64,000 bases of DNA from Octopus sinensis (Eukaryota). The notes below the pieces were generated by a model. That model did not search any database and was not told where the DNA came from. It was given only the letters and a program-made list of their open reading frames with translations. The stretch spans positions 140,554,001-140,618,000 of the forward strand of contig NC_042998.1 in NCBI RefSeq assembly GCF_006345805.1. The letters are read 5' to 3'. Positions 11,922 through 24,339 of the stretch are shown in pieces (position 1 is the first letter of the stretch; each line of letters begins with the position of its first letter). A program made the translations under genes and the position numbers.

Positions 11922-13472
11922 CAAAGAAAGATTTGTGTGTGTGTGTGTGTGTGTGTATGCGCATGCACACAAATGCACGCAAACTTTAAAAGCTATTAAC
12001 CCTTTATTTATTGAATTATAGCGAAAATGAATTTCATGTCAATGATTTCTTTACAAAACTATATCAATACACCAAATATGAAATCAACTGGAACAAAAAT
12101 TGAAAAAATTGAAAATGTGGCAACCAAATAGAAAAGAACCACCGGTCATATCCTCGTTATGTCCACGCACTTGAAGCTTCATTTCTATAGACAGAACGAA
12201 TATTTCTGTCCGCTTCCATTAATGAAGAGTCCCTTTTGAATTCATACAGCATGCAGTATCTGATACAGGCTTGAACTAAAACCTACTTTTAAAAGAGTAA
12301 AATCGATGTGAATTTAACCATTATCGTGTAAAGCAATCTGCAAAGAAAGAAAAACATATTAGAACGTAAAAATTAATGCTTATTTTACCGTAAGAACTGA
12401 AAAAATATCTTCAAACTGGTCGTGTGAAAAATGCGACAGGAATTTCTCTTCAACTCAATATATATGAAAAGAGAGAGATAACGGGAGAGAGATACAGACA
12501 GAGATAAATAAATGAGTAAATAAATAAAGGGAAACTCCTCGCAAAGAAATAAAATAAAATTTTAAGCCTTTTTTTTTTATGGCGACCATTGATGAAGAAA
12601 TAACACTAAGTTGCCAATAAAACTTATTGACTGGCGGCAGCTACGATTGTACGGAAGCGCAGAGGGTTTTTCTTTCTCTTTCTTTACTTCTTTTCTTCTG
12701 TCCTTCCCTCATCCACCGTTTCCCTCTCACCGCTATACTTTCAGTTAAAGTTTCGGTGGTCGCTTGATTTGGGTCACTTCAAGTTCAGCTCGGCTTTAAT
12801 TCCGTTTTATTATATTTTTATTTTCCCCTTGTGGTCAGTGGATAAAGGAATACATATATCTCTTATACACGTATAAGTGAGTGTATGTGTGTATGTGTAA
12901 CACACACACACATATTCCCAGAGACTGACGCACACATTCACACACACACACAAACATAGTCATAATAGACTCATATACACTGATGCATAAGTCTAACGGC
13001 AAAGACATAAACATACACGCTTATACACACACAAACACACACACACACACACACACTCTCTGTCTCTCTGTCTCTCTTTCTCTCTCTCTCTCTCTTTCAC
13101 ACACCTACACACAGAAACACACTCACACTACTAACATCTTGACGCCGAACGTACGTCGCCAGATGTGAATGCTAACAAATTTTAAACTTAAAATCCTGTA
13201 CTAAAAATACACTATTTACATTAATAACACAAACACGCATACACACCTACATACCGATTGTGAAGAAGTACTCAATACAAACGGAAAGTGCAGTAGTTTA
13301 TTTAGACCGAGTTAGTCCAGTTTGACTTGTCTGAAGACACAGATGCACGTCACGGATATTCCAGAGTAACAGGACATTTTTCTCAGCTGTACTCTCTCTG
13401 TTCATCCCTCTCCCTGCTTTTCTCTTCGTCTTTCCCACTTCTGTGTTTGTTCTTGTCTTTTGATAAATAGAA

Positions 13473-13873
13473 CATTGCTTCTCAACCGGAGTCCATATGG
13501 CCCCGGAAGTTCCATACAAAAGTTTTGGGGGTCCACGTAACAAAAGAGTAAATTTGGAATCCACAATAGTATTGTAAGGACCCCTGAAAAAATTTTGCCT
13601 CGGATTTATGTATTGGTGTATATTGCAAGAAACAGCTAGTTTTTTCCTCTAATCTTTTACATAGTTTTATCTACACAAGTTAATGTGTGAAAAACAAAAT
13701 AGGAATTTCGAAAGAAGCTTCTAGCCGGCCGCCAACACTTTTTTCTGCAAAATAGGGGTAGCTTATCCTGTTCAGGCTATTAGCATTATCCTGTGTTTGA
13801 GAATTTAAAATCACTTCTTTAACTTTCTAAGACAATGTTTCTACATAGATTAAAAAATAGTTGGGAACCCCAG
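13473..13873. mobile_element. hAT-type MITE
   Basis: Ends CATTGCTTCTCAACC ... AGTTGGGAACCCCAG (CAGtGgTTCyCAAC-type TIR); flanking 8-mers aaatagaa and tgatagaa match at 6 of 8 positions. Confidence 0.6.
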
Positions 13874-14087
13874 TGATAGAACATTAATGACATCAAGCTC
13901 ACCTGGTCTGCAAAGGTTGTAAAAAATGCCCCTTCTCCAAATATATATTTCGTCAGAACCATCCAGTGTGATCATTCCCTTACTTAGTGTACATCACCTT
14001 GCATTTTGCATCATTTATTTCTACACTCTCACCTTTCACGCGATTTGTCTGTTTAGCGAATATTTATAATTTTCCATAGACCGTGGA

Positions 14088-14307
14088 TATTGGTTTCAAA
14101 TTTTGGCACAAGGCCAGCATTTTCGGGGGAGGCCATAGGCCGATTACGTTGACCTCAGTGCTCAACTGGTATCTATTTTATCAACCTCGAAAGGATGAAA
14201 GGCAAAGTTGACCTCGGCAGAATTTGAACTCAGAACGGAAAGACAGATGAAATTCTGCTAAGAATTTTGTTCGGTGTGCTAATGGCTCTGCTAGCTTACC
14301 GCCTTAA
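14088..14307 (-). mobile_element. SINE family B, tail type B (tattggtttcaaattttggcacaagg)
   Basis: Body gaaaggatgaaaggcaaagttgacctcggcagaatttgaactcagaac and head gctagcttaccgccttaa. Confidence 0.85.
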
Positions 14308-14330
14308 AGATCATGGATATTAATGCTGTA

Positions 14331-14542
14331 TAAGGCAGCGAACTGGCAGATTTGTTAACACGCCGGACAAGATGCTTAGCGACATTTCGTCCGTCTTTAC
14401 GTTCTAAGTTCCAATTCTGCCAAGGTCGACTTTGCCTTTCATTGTTTCGGGTCGATAAAATAAGTAGCAGTCGAGTAATGGGATCCATGCAATCAACTTT
14501 CCCTGGCCCCAAGAATTTCAAGCTTAAGTAGAAAGGATATTA
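14331..14542 (+). mobile_element. SINE family B, tail type A (gtagaaaggatatt)
   Basis: taaggcagcgaactggcag...ggtcgactttgcctttcat...gtcgataaaataagta; lies head-to-head with the previous copy. Confidence 0.85.
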
Positions 14543-14639
14543 ATATTGTGTTGTCTGCATATTCAATATTTATGGAGAGGTCGACAGTATGCGCGACACT
14601 GACTGTCGACGCCGCAGAAGCATCAAATGTACTTCTGTT

Positions 14640-15690
14640 GGGTGTAAAAATGAACTGATTCTCTCTCGTTCGTTCGATTTAACCATTTAAGTCTATCGAG
14701 AAGGGTTCTACTGAATGCTTTTCCTGGCCCGATTTTGAGTTCTTTCATAACAAATTTGAGAAAGATGTTGAAAAGGATGAAGAATAGCATGTAACTTTGT
14801 CTTGGACCGACATATACATCAACCGACTCCATCACCCGGCTTTCTGTCATCATAACAAATTCGGTATTATTCTAAGGCATTTCTATAACACTGTGTAACA
14901 AATTTTTTAATTTATATATTTATCTTTGTCTTTGGTCTGTGTTATTTCCTATTTGCTTCCATCTAGAAATCAAAGGAAACGACTACTATCCTCTTCAAAC
15001 TTTGCTTTTGTGACTTGGACTTTTGAAACTGACTTATTTTCCATTACATTTCCGGCAGATTCAGTGCTGAGTTGCTGAAGCAGAAATATCGTTATAGCAA
15101 ATATTCTGCTCAACTCTACAGTTTTGCTTGTCAGTTGCTTAAACATAAGCACTTAGTGGATGACAATATGTACATCTCTGATGATGAGCAGTAGTGGGGG
15201 AGCATCATAGCCATGTGTTGAGAAAGATTCTTTGGTGTTTGAATAAATGTTTGAAGGAAATATTTGCCATTTTTCATACTTTCTAGGGGTAAGCAAATTT
15301 TCATACTTCCTAGGAGTAAGCTAAGAGAAAATAACAGTTACTACCTAAGGACGAAAGTCGTGTTACACAGTGTAATTTGTACACTTTTGGGAGTCCACAT
15401 ATGTTGCTTCTCATCTTCTTCCATAAAAACCTCCTCCAGATCATGTCGAAGTTAGCTTTAAAATTGGGGTGTAAGGATACTTGATATTTTTTTAATGTTT
15501 CCAATGATCTCACTAACTACAAAAATGATATTCACTCTGCCCCTCCTAGGTCAACGATCGAATCGACTCTGGCTTGCGTATTTTTTCGGTGTTAATTCTT
15601 ATCCAATCAAGAAAGATTCTACTGAAAGCTTTTACCTGTATTGAGACAAGAATGAAATTGTCCAGAAGATTCCGCGGTGTTACTTGTTGC
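14640..15690 (-). pseudogene. Highly degenerate RTE-like LINE RT remnants
   Basis: Collinear minus-strand motifs: ILVSIQVKAFSRIFLDWIR (15.6 kb), NFKANFDMIWRRFLWKKM (15.45 kb), VGPRQSYMLFFILFNIFLKFVMKEL (14.8 kb), resembling RT subdomains 1-4. Confidence 0.6.
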
Positions 15691-16085
15691 CCATTGTACA
15701 TATTGGACTTACTGGTTGCATGGTTAAGGAACTCGCTTTGCGACCACGTGGTTTTGGGTTCGGCCTCGTTGCAAAGCATCTTTGGCAAATGTCCGACACT
15801 AGCCCCTAATCGACCAGAGCGAATTTGCAAGACGAAAACAGTGAGGAAGCCTCTTACACACACACACACACAACACACACACACACACACACACACACGT
15901 ATGTATGTATGTATGTATGTATGTATGTATGTATGTATGTATGTATTCATGTTTGTATATATGTTTGGGTGTACGCATATGTATACACATACACACAAAC
16001 ACTTGTAGATGCGTATATCTCTGTGCATGTATGTATATGTATATATATATATATATATATATACATATGCATACATGCATACATA

Positions 16086-16121
<36 letters not shown>

Positions 16122-16359
16122 AATCCAAAAGGGAAACATGCGTGCATACGCGTGTGTGCCTGTGTCATTGTGTATACCCCAATACCACCGATGTTGGTTT
16201 GTTTACATACCTGTAACTTAGCAGCTTGGAAAAAATCCGCCTCTCACTCCAGAAACATGCATATATAGCAGATTCAAAAGTATTGTCATAAAAGTGCCGC
16301 CCGTGATGCACCGCTCCCCATCCCACCCTCACTTTCTAGGTATGCTACAGAATATTTTA

Positions 16360-16780
16360 TCTTTTACTTGTTTGAGTCATTCGACTGTGGGGACTATACT
16401 GGGGCCTCGCCTTGAAATTTTAGTCGAATGTATCGATCTCATTACTTTATTTTTTTTAAGCCTGGCACTTACTCTATCGGTTCTTTTGCCGAACCGCAAG
16501 TTACGGTGATGTAAACATGGTTGTCAAGCGGTGGTGGAAGACAAACACAGACACAAAGGCACACACACGTACACACACACACACGAACACACATACACAC
16601 ACACATACACACACAAATATTCGACGGACTTCTTTCTGCTTCCGTCTACTAAATCCACTCACAAAGCTTTGGTCGGCCTGAGACTATAGTAGAAGACACT
16701 TGCCGAAGGTGTCTCGCAGTGAGACTGAACCCAGAACCATGTGGTTGGGAAGCAAGCTTCTTAATCACACAGCTACGCCT
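16360..16780 (-). mobile_element. SINE family A, full length
   Basis: Complete tail, body and head; minus-strand head aggcgtagctgtgtgattaagaagcttgcttcccaaccacatggttctgggttcagtc has A- and B-box-like blocks. Confidence 0.9.
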
Positions 16781-17685
16781 TTGTCTGGATAATATTGTTC
16801 CGAGACTAGGACAGGAAGGTTGGTCATTGTTGAAACGCTTGTGACCGAAAGTCAACCTAGTCAGGACAACAAACCCGAGGTTATAAACATCAAGAAACAA
16901 TTTTACGACCGTAATATTTATTTACAAGGGTGAGAATTTTCCCCCAAAGATACAAAAGACTGTGAGAGAGAACATCGAAAGATATTTCAATGGCTGAAAA
17001 TCCTTCTCAAAGCCGTTGACCTCTTCTCGTATAAGATCTGATATTTTGGACATTTCCCCCATCCCCTCTCTCAATCTCTTTCTTTCTCTCCCTTCTTTGA
17101 ACCAAGACACAGGCGACGAATAAAAGCATAAAACACGCGGTTTTCTTTTTATTGTCGTTCTCTCGGGTTGTTATCGTCGTCGTTGTCGTTGTTGTACTTG
17201 TTTCTGCGTTTGTTATTTTTTCACAGCTGTGGTTGGTCGGCATAATCTATCACAAGACAGATGCACTGACAGACTGACTAACATACGTGGGTGATTAAAA
17301 AAAAAACGGAGATGGTGATGAGTTGAGAGCAGTGAAAAGGGTATTATTTTAGAGCGATATCCAGAGGATTGAGTTGATCTATATGTGCTGTATTATGGCG
17401 TCTAGACACACACATAAATACACATACATACATACATACATACATACATACATACATACATACATACATACATACATACATACATTCATACAAACATATA
17501 TAAATATGCATACATACATTTCTGTTTTCGCGTTCAGCATTAAAACATCGTCTTCCACGTCAGAGTCCGATATGTGTGTGTGTACATACATATGTATGTA
17601 TGTATGTATATATATATATATATCAAAGGCGGTGCTCCAGCCTGGCCGCAGTCAAAATGACTGAAACAAGTAAAAGAGTAAAAGA

Positions 17686-17722
<37 letters not shown>

Positions 17723-17798
17723 AATTTTTGTGCTAAGCCACTTGGTGTTAAATGACGGTATTATTAATTAATATCGATTTTCACCCTCATTTATAATT

Positions 17799-17853
<55 letters not shown>

Positions 17854-18049
17854 CATACATACTGCATACATACATCTATTATATATATATTACATACATA
17901 ATCTGTATAAACATATACATATATACATATATATATATACATATACATATATATATATATATTATATATATATGTTTGTATGTATGTATATATATATATA
18001 TATATATATAGATATATATATCTATATATATATATATATATATATCATA

Positions 18050-18245
18050 TAGTAAATCCCAAAAAGAAGACAAACAAAAAACACCACGTGATGAAGGACG
18101 TGGTACATGTAAAGTATTAGCAGACGCTCAGGGAAGAAAAGAAAGATGGTTGAAGAACGTTTCGAGCAGACGCTCTTCTTCGGAAACAGAGGGAAGTCGA
18201 ATAGAAGGGAAGACGGAGTAAGAAAACGCCAACGATCATCACATG
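18050..18245 (-). mobile_element. Penelope-type terminal repeat (pLTR-like), related to the one at 20.1 kb
   Basis: Shares gagc....gctcgaaacgt and cctgagcg..ctaatac blocks with the reverse complement of 20100-20260; flanked by TA/CATA repeats. Confidence 0.6.
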
Positions 18246-18260
18246 CGGTTACATTAAAAA

Positions 18261-18293
<33 letters not shown>

Positions 18294-18379
18294 TGTATGT
18301 ATGTATGTATGTATGTATGTATGTATGTATGTATGTATGTATGTGTATATATATATATATATGCATGTTATATATATAT

Positions 18380-18439
<60 letters not shown>

Positions 18440-19094
18440 TATATATATATAATATATATATATATATATGAATTTATGGGTACAGGACGTGAACAACATG
18501 AAATGCGAGGGCAAACTTGGGAATGTGAACAGTGAGAAACAAATGAAAAACAAGACAAGTAACATAAAGAACGAGCCTTCATCAGCTGTCGGCTCATCGT
18601 CTACTCCACATTTGGAGCAATTAACGACAATATGAGGGTTCTAAAAACAGTTGCTCCCGGGAACCAAAATCAAATTTGGGATTTGATGAGGGTCAAAGTT
18701 GGTAACAAAATCAGGGCAGTGGAGACGAACAAACAACTAAATGAAAACAAACATGGAGGGCTTTTAGGCCAGACGAGGTAAGGTAGCGAACGATAGAGGA
18801 ATATTCTTTGACACGAGAAGGGATAAAGGAGACAGATAAGGATGCGTCTGGTCTGTGCGACAGACTGGAGGAAAAGAAAAATGGACGATGGTCACGTGTG
18901 AGCAACAAGAGAGAGAGAGAGTAAAGGAGGAAGAGGGAGAGAGAGAGAAAGGTGAAAGGGAGAAATACATATATATATATATGCACACACATACATACAT
19001 ATGTATACATACACATGTATAGGCATACGAAACAAACATGAGTGAGTGTGTCCAATCATCTACGTTGGGTTTTTCTTACCCTGTTTGCCGTGTA

Positions 19095-19812
19095 CGAGTA
19101 GAGCACATTCTGCAATTCACTTTCGATCTCGACAACGATGTTACTACGGTGACCTATGAGTTGCATTTTCATCTTAGGGAAAAGTCCGCAGGTTCTAAAT
19201 CTGGCCAATAGGGCGGGTGCGGAAGCGATACCATTTTGTTTTTGCCGAGAAATTCACGAGTGAGGAAAGCTCGGTGACAAGGTGCATTGTCGTCGGGAAG
19301 AATCCAATTCTTCGCCCTCCACAGATCCAGTCGCTTTCGCCGAATGTCCTTCAAACGCTTCAAAACGTCGCAGTAGAACTCTCAGTTGACGGTCTGGCAC
19401 TGGGGGACGAATTTTTGATGCACAATACCACATTTTCGGGGCTGACGCTCGGGGCAGGTCTTCCACATCACGCATCGCTTTCCAGGGACGTTCTCCCGCT
19501 TTTGAAACGCCCGTGCCACTCGAAACACTGCGTACGATCAATTTCCGAAGCATATTCAATGTCTCAGTAGCAGACTTCGCAAGTTTAGCACAAAATTTAA
19601 CGTTGACTTTTGTTTCTGTCCGTAACAAAATCGCAGACTACAGCATGCACGTGATCACAAAATCATATATTTCACAACTTGCGAAGTAAACAGCGATGTC
19701 ACTCAGCACATTGACCCATGGTCACTGCTAGCTCTCACTGCACACGCAACAGTGTGCTGCCATCTGTTGGCGCGCTACAGAACTAGTCCGGGAACGTTTT
19801 GGTACTACCGCA
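19095..19812 (-). mobile_element. Mariner transposon, internally deleted
   Basis: TA-flanked 5' TIR tgcggtagtaccaaaacgttcccggact; KVNVKFCAKLAKSATETLNMLR, EWHGRFKSGRTSLE, GRP..ENV, GIVHQKFVP.CQTVN, WILPDDNAPCHRA, LPHPPYWPDLEPADF, PKMKMQL. Confidence 0.9.
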
Positions 19813-20176
19813 TATGTTTCTTCATCCTCCTGTACTACATACACACATGCATATATGCATACATACGTACGTGCATATGTGCAAATACACACATGTATCT
19901 ACATACATTCCTGGTCACATGCATACATATGTACGTATGAGCATACATGTAAGTATATACTTACGTACATGTATTACATAAATACATAAATACGTACATG
20001 CATACATACGTACAAATACACTTACATGTGTATATGTACACGTGCATACATAGTACATGTACGTATATATATATATATAACGGGAAGCTTTATGAAAATA
20101 AACAAAAGACGAAGGCAGGTGGAAAACAACGAACAATTGTATTAGTATGGCGCTCAGGAAATATAAATAAAAGAAG

Positions 20177-20214
20177 TCTTTGACGTTTCGAGCCTACGCT
20201 CTTCAACAGAAAGA
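20177..20214 (-). ncRNA. Minimal type I hammerhead-ribozyme-like motif in PLE pLTR
   Basis: TCTTT-CTGTTGA-A-GAGC(GTAG)GCTC-GAA-AC GT-C-AAAGA: 5-bp stem I, 4-bp stem II, palindromic ACGT helix III; core has U at position 6 and one extra A. Confidence 0.55.
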
Positions 20215-20734
20215 TACACAGAGAGATAAAACACAGAAAGAAGGAGAGAAAAAAATGCGTGCAGTGCTAACGAATCAACATGGCGATCTGATTTCGGCCA
20301 GAGGTCAAAGATCAAACATGAGACGCGAAGAGCGAAATAAGGGAGATAATAGGTTTGATAAAAGGGTTGAGGGACCAGCTAATAGTGCGTGGGAGGGGTC
20401 TGGATTGTGTTATGTATAGGGTTGGTGTTATTAGTATGTATAAGGGTGTGTGTGTGTATGAGAGAGTATTAGTGCGTAGGATTGGTCTGGACGTGTGTAT
20501 GTATGGGTTTGTGTATGTATGTATGTATTATATGTATTAGTACGTATTTTATGTATAGGTGTGTGTGTGTGTGTGAGAGAGTATAAGTGCGTATGCGGGG
20601 TCTGGACGTGTGTATGTATAGGGTGGTGTAAGTATTAGTATGTACTAGTAGTATTAGTACGTATTAGTATGTATAGTTGGTGTGTGTATTAGTATGGCAC
20701 ATCATATGTGATGTGATGTGTAAAGTCATGTGGT

Positions 20735-21070
20735 GTAGTGAGGAGACGAGGGGGAGGGGGAGAAGAGGGGGAGGGGAAGGGGAGGGGGGAAGAGGGGAGG
20801 GAAGGGAGGGGAAGAAGAGGGGGAGGAGAAGGGGAAGGGATGGGGGAGAAGGAAGGGGAGGAGGGAGATGAAGGAGGAAAGAGGGAGAGGGGGAGAGAGA
20901 AGGGGAGAGAGGGAGTGAGGGAGCGAGGGAAGGGAAGAGGGAGGGAGAAAGAGGGAAGAAGGAAGGGAGTAGGGGTGAAAGGATGAAGGACTGAAGAAGT
21001 AGGGGTCGGGGGGAGAAAGGATAGTGTGAGTGAGGTGGGGGAGAGGGGGGTTAGATGAGGAGGGGGGAGA
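20735..21070 (+). repeat. Polypurine, G-run-rich tract inside the PLE 3' region
   Basis: Almost exclusively G/A for ~330 bp with many GGG runs. Confidence 0.85.
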
Positions 21071-22396
21071 GTTGAGACCAAATGGCGTATAATAGCGAAG
21101 AGAGAAGATTAATTCCAGTTCACGGCGCAAACGGGACCGGATGGCCTCTGTGTAAGGACAAACCGAACACCAGATAGGTGTTGCAAGGAGTGACCGGTGG
21201 AGCGGAAATGGCGTGAGACCGGGGTGTGTCGTTCGCAAGGTGGATGTCACGAAGGTGTTCCGTTCCGCGAACCGGTCAGCCAAGCGGCGTCCCGTTTGTC
21301 CGAGTACAAGGAATTGCAAGAGAGAGCAAGAGATGCAATAGATAATATTGCTGGAGGTGCAGGTGAAGGAGTGGATGATGGGATAGGGTCGATGGTGGGT
21401 GCTAGTGAGGCGGGTGGTGTTGGAGAGGTAAGGGCAAGTGCGGCAACGTGGGCGGGAGCAGGGGAACGAGCCGGGTTGGGAGGTAGGTCGGGAAGGAGCT
21501 ATGGACCAAAAGGTCTCGAAGGTTGTGGCTCGTTTGAAAGAGGGGAGGGGTCGGTTAGGGAAGAGGTGTGAAGTGACGGGTCGGACTGGAGATGACGGAA
21601 AGCTCGAAGAATGGTGCGTTGGAGACGTAGGGTCGTGGGGTGGTAAGTGAGGGGAAAAGGGAGGCGGGAGACTACAGGGCGGGTTCGGGGAGAGAGAGCA
21701 GATACACGGTCCACGGACCGTGCTCTGGCAAGGGCGGTGTGGATAGTGGTGAGGGGGTATCCACGTAGGGTGAAGTGGTGAGCCATACGTTGAGACTGAG
21801 TCTCAAAGTCATGGTCGTCACTACAGAGCCTATATATATATGTGTGTGTGTATCATTGCTATATCCAAATTTGACTAAGTGTCCAAATTTGACTAACTAC
21901 GTTTTTTTTTCTTTTTCAATATTTATTTTTGCTTGCAATAGCCAGTTCTTTTGGTCAAGCAATCATATCTCCAGCTGTTTCAGATGCCAAAATATCAAAA
22001 ATTGTCAAAGTGTAGTACAACGGTTTTGCTATGGAATGGTGAAACTATTTCTTCGTTTTCTGAAAAAGCAACGTTTTGGACTTAAGACACTTTTTCATAA
22101 TATACATACATACTACACACAAACGCGTCATACATACATATATACATACATACATACATACATACATACATACATACATACATACATACCATACATATAT
22201 ATAGATACATTCGTTCATGCATACATACACATACATACATAGACAAACATGTATATATACATACACATCCATCCATGCACACACAAACACACACACACTT
22301 ACACATATATGCATACGTACGAACGAAATCCATACATACGTATGTACTTGGAAGCATGCATACATACATACATACATACATACATACATACATACA

Positions 22397-22427
<31 letters not shown>

Positions 22428-22867
22428 GAAGATTTTTTTTTATAGTTCATTGTATTTATTTGTTAACATTTATTGTTTTGTAAGTCACACAAAAATAAGT
22501 GGGGAACCCTAATAAAAGCCAAGGTGAACTTGGACATCAAGAAGAAAAATAAAACGAAATTGCTGAGCGTTGCTTTCTTAAATAGTTTTATGGTTCAGAA
22601 AAAAGTAGGGGAGAAAATGCATGATGGCGGTAAGGATGATAGTCATGAGGGATGGTGAGAGGAGAACGGAAAAGTAACGCTAGAAGAATAAAAGGAAGGG
22701 AACGTGGGGGAGAGGAGGGGAGAGGAGAAGGGAAAGAAAGAGAATATGGAGGGGTGCAGGAGAAGAGACAGCGTGACCGAGAAATTAAAAAGAGGAGGAA
22801 AAGAAATTTACGCAGTTTCGGCGGCACCTTCAAAGTAACTTAACATATAGTTTAAAAGAATGGATAC

Positions 22868-22908
<41 letters not shown>

Positions 22909-23064
22909 TGTGTGTGTGTGTGTGTGTGTGTCTGTGTGTGTGTGTCTGTGAGTTTGTGTGTGTGTGAGTGTGTGTGTGTGCATATATACATACTATGAAC
23001 AGGGAAGGTATATATATATATATGTATGTATACAGTTTTTCGAGATCAGTATGTATATATAGCT

Positions 23065-23106
<42 letters not shown>

Positions 23107-23264
23107 CTGTATACATACATTTATACGCACTATGTACTGGGAATGTTTATACTCATACACAAACACACATATATATCTAAAGATGTATCAGTATGGATGT
23201 ATGGATGGATATTAATATGCATACGTGTATATATAAAATGTATGTGTGTGTGTGTGTGTGTATG

Positions 23265-23318
<54 letters not shown>

Positions 23319-23809
23319 GCATGTGTAATACAATATAATACAATATACACTTGCACGTGTATATACACGCATAATTATATATTTACGGAATTCGAAGAAA
23401 GTGATATATACTCAAAGGACACGTGCAGATAGACACATATATACAAATGCGCACATACTCACTTAAGCATACACACACACACACAGCGTTTTTGATAGTG
23501 TGTGTATGTGAGGATGGGGTTGGGTGGCTTTGACTAGTGAGATACGATTCAGTAACTATGCATGCCATAGTACGAAGAAGTACGAGTGCATGTTGGTGAG
23601 TATGTGTAAGGTCGTACATATATACGTAGGTTTATAGATGTGGAAGAATATGTCAAACTCTGTGTGTGTGTGAGAGAGAGGGAGAGAGGGAGAGAGAGAG
23701 AGAGAAGAGGTGTGTCTGTGTGCCAGAGTGTATTGACCTGCGCGTACAAGCATGACTGTTTTTTTCTCTTCTTTTCATGATCAAACCTTAATGTATGCGA
23801 GATATGTTG

Positions 23810-23854
<45 letters not shown>

Positions 23855-24020
23855 CGTGCGTGCGAATATATATTTTTTCTGTTTGTTGCTTTTAGACATT
23901 CACTGCAGAGAGAAAAAAGAAAATGTTTGGCTGATGAGGTCTCCTAAGATCGGAACAAGTCTGGAGTTGTCAATAGCGCTTTCAAAGTTCAGATCCTCTT
24001 CGCCCACCTGCATAACTTCA

Positions 24021-24094
<74 letters not shown>

Positions 24095-24206
24095 CAATTA
24101 AAACTAAGAGTTCTCTCTCTCTCTCTCTCTCATCCCGTTCAATCAGATTAATCTTTATTGACACAAGCGAGATCTCATTACGTTTAGAATTCAATTGGCT
24201 ATATAA

Positions 24207-24239
<33 letters not shown>

Positions 24240-24339
24240 TTATGTATGTATGTATGTATGTATGTATGTATGTATGTGTGTGTGTATGCATGTATATATA
24301 TATATTATATATATATATATATATAATATATATATAATA

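Larger units (their letters stand above)
20080..21831 (-). mobile_element. Penelope-like retroelement (probably Neptune group), 5'-truncated: RT thumb, Cys linker, GIY-YIG endonuclease, 3' region and pLTR
   Basis: LCSDDHDFETQSQRMAHHFTLRGYP, LPFPLTYHP, FRHLQSDP, GSFPCSRPRCRTCPY, FTCTSSNIIYCISCS, GQTGRRLADRFAE, RLRRELELIFSL...PFGLN. Frameshifted. Followed by a polypyrimidine tract and a terminal repeat at 20080-20260. Confidence 0.9.

Noticed and set aside
16740-16780. tRNA genes (A- and B-box-like heads here and in ~30 other places)
   Set aside because: No cloverleaf with an acceptor stem; each continues into a SINE body.
18570-18625. CTGATGA (minus) in a repeat-like segment
   Set aside because: No correctly placed GAAA or helices in any hammerhead topology.
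21864-21896. 15-bp direct repeat tccaaatttgactaa as a transposon subterminal repeat
   Set aside because: No partner end or TSD found in the window.
23931-23961. CTGATGA-GGTC(TCCTAA)GATC-GGAAC-AA-GTC hammerhead-like string
   Set aside because: A13 is G, stem I cannot pair (tttgg vs tggag) and there is no pLTR context; kept only as a near miss.
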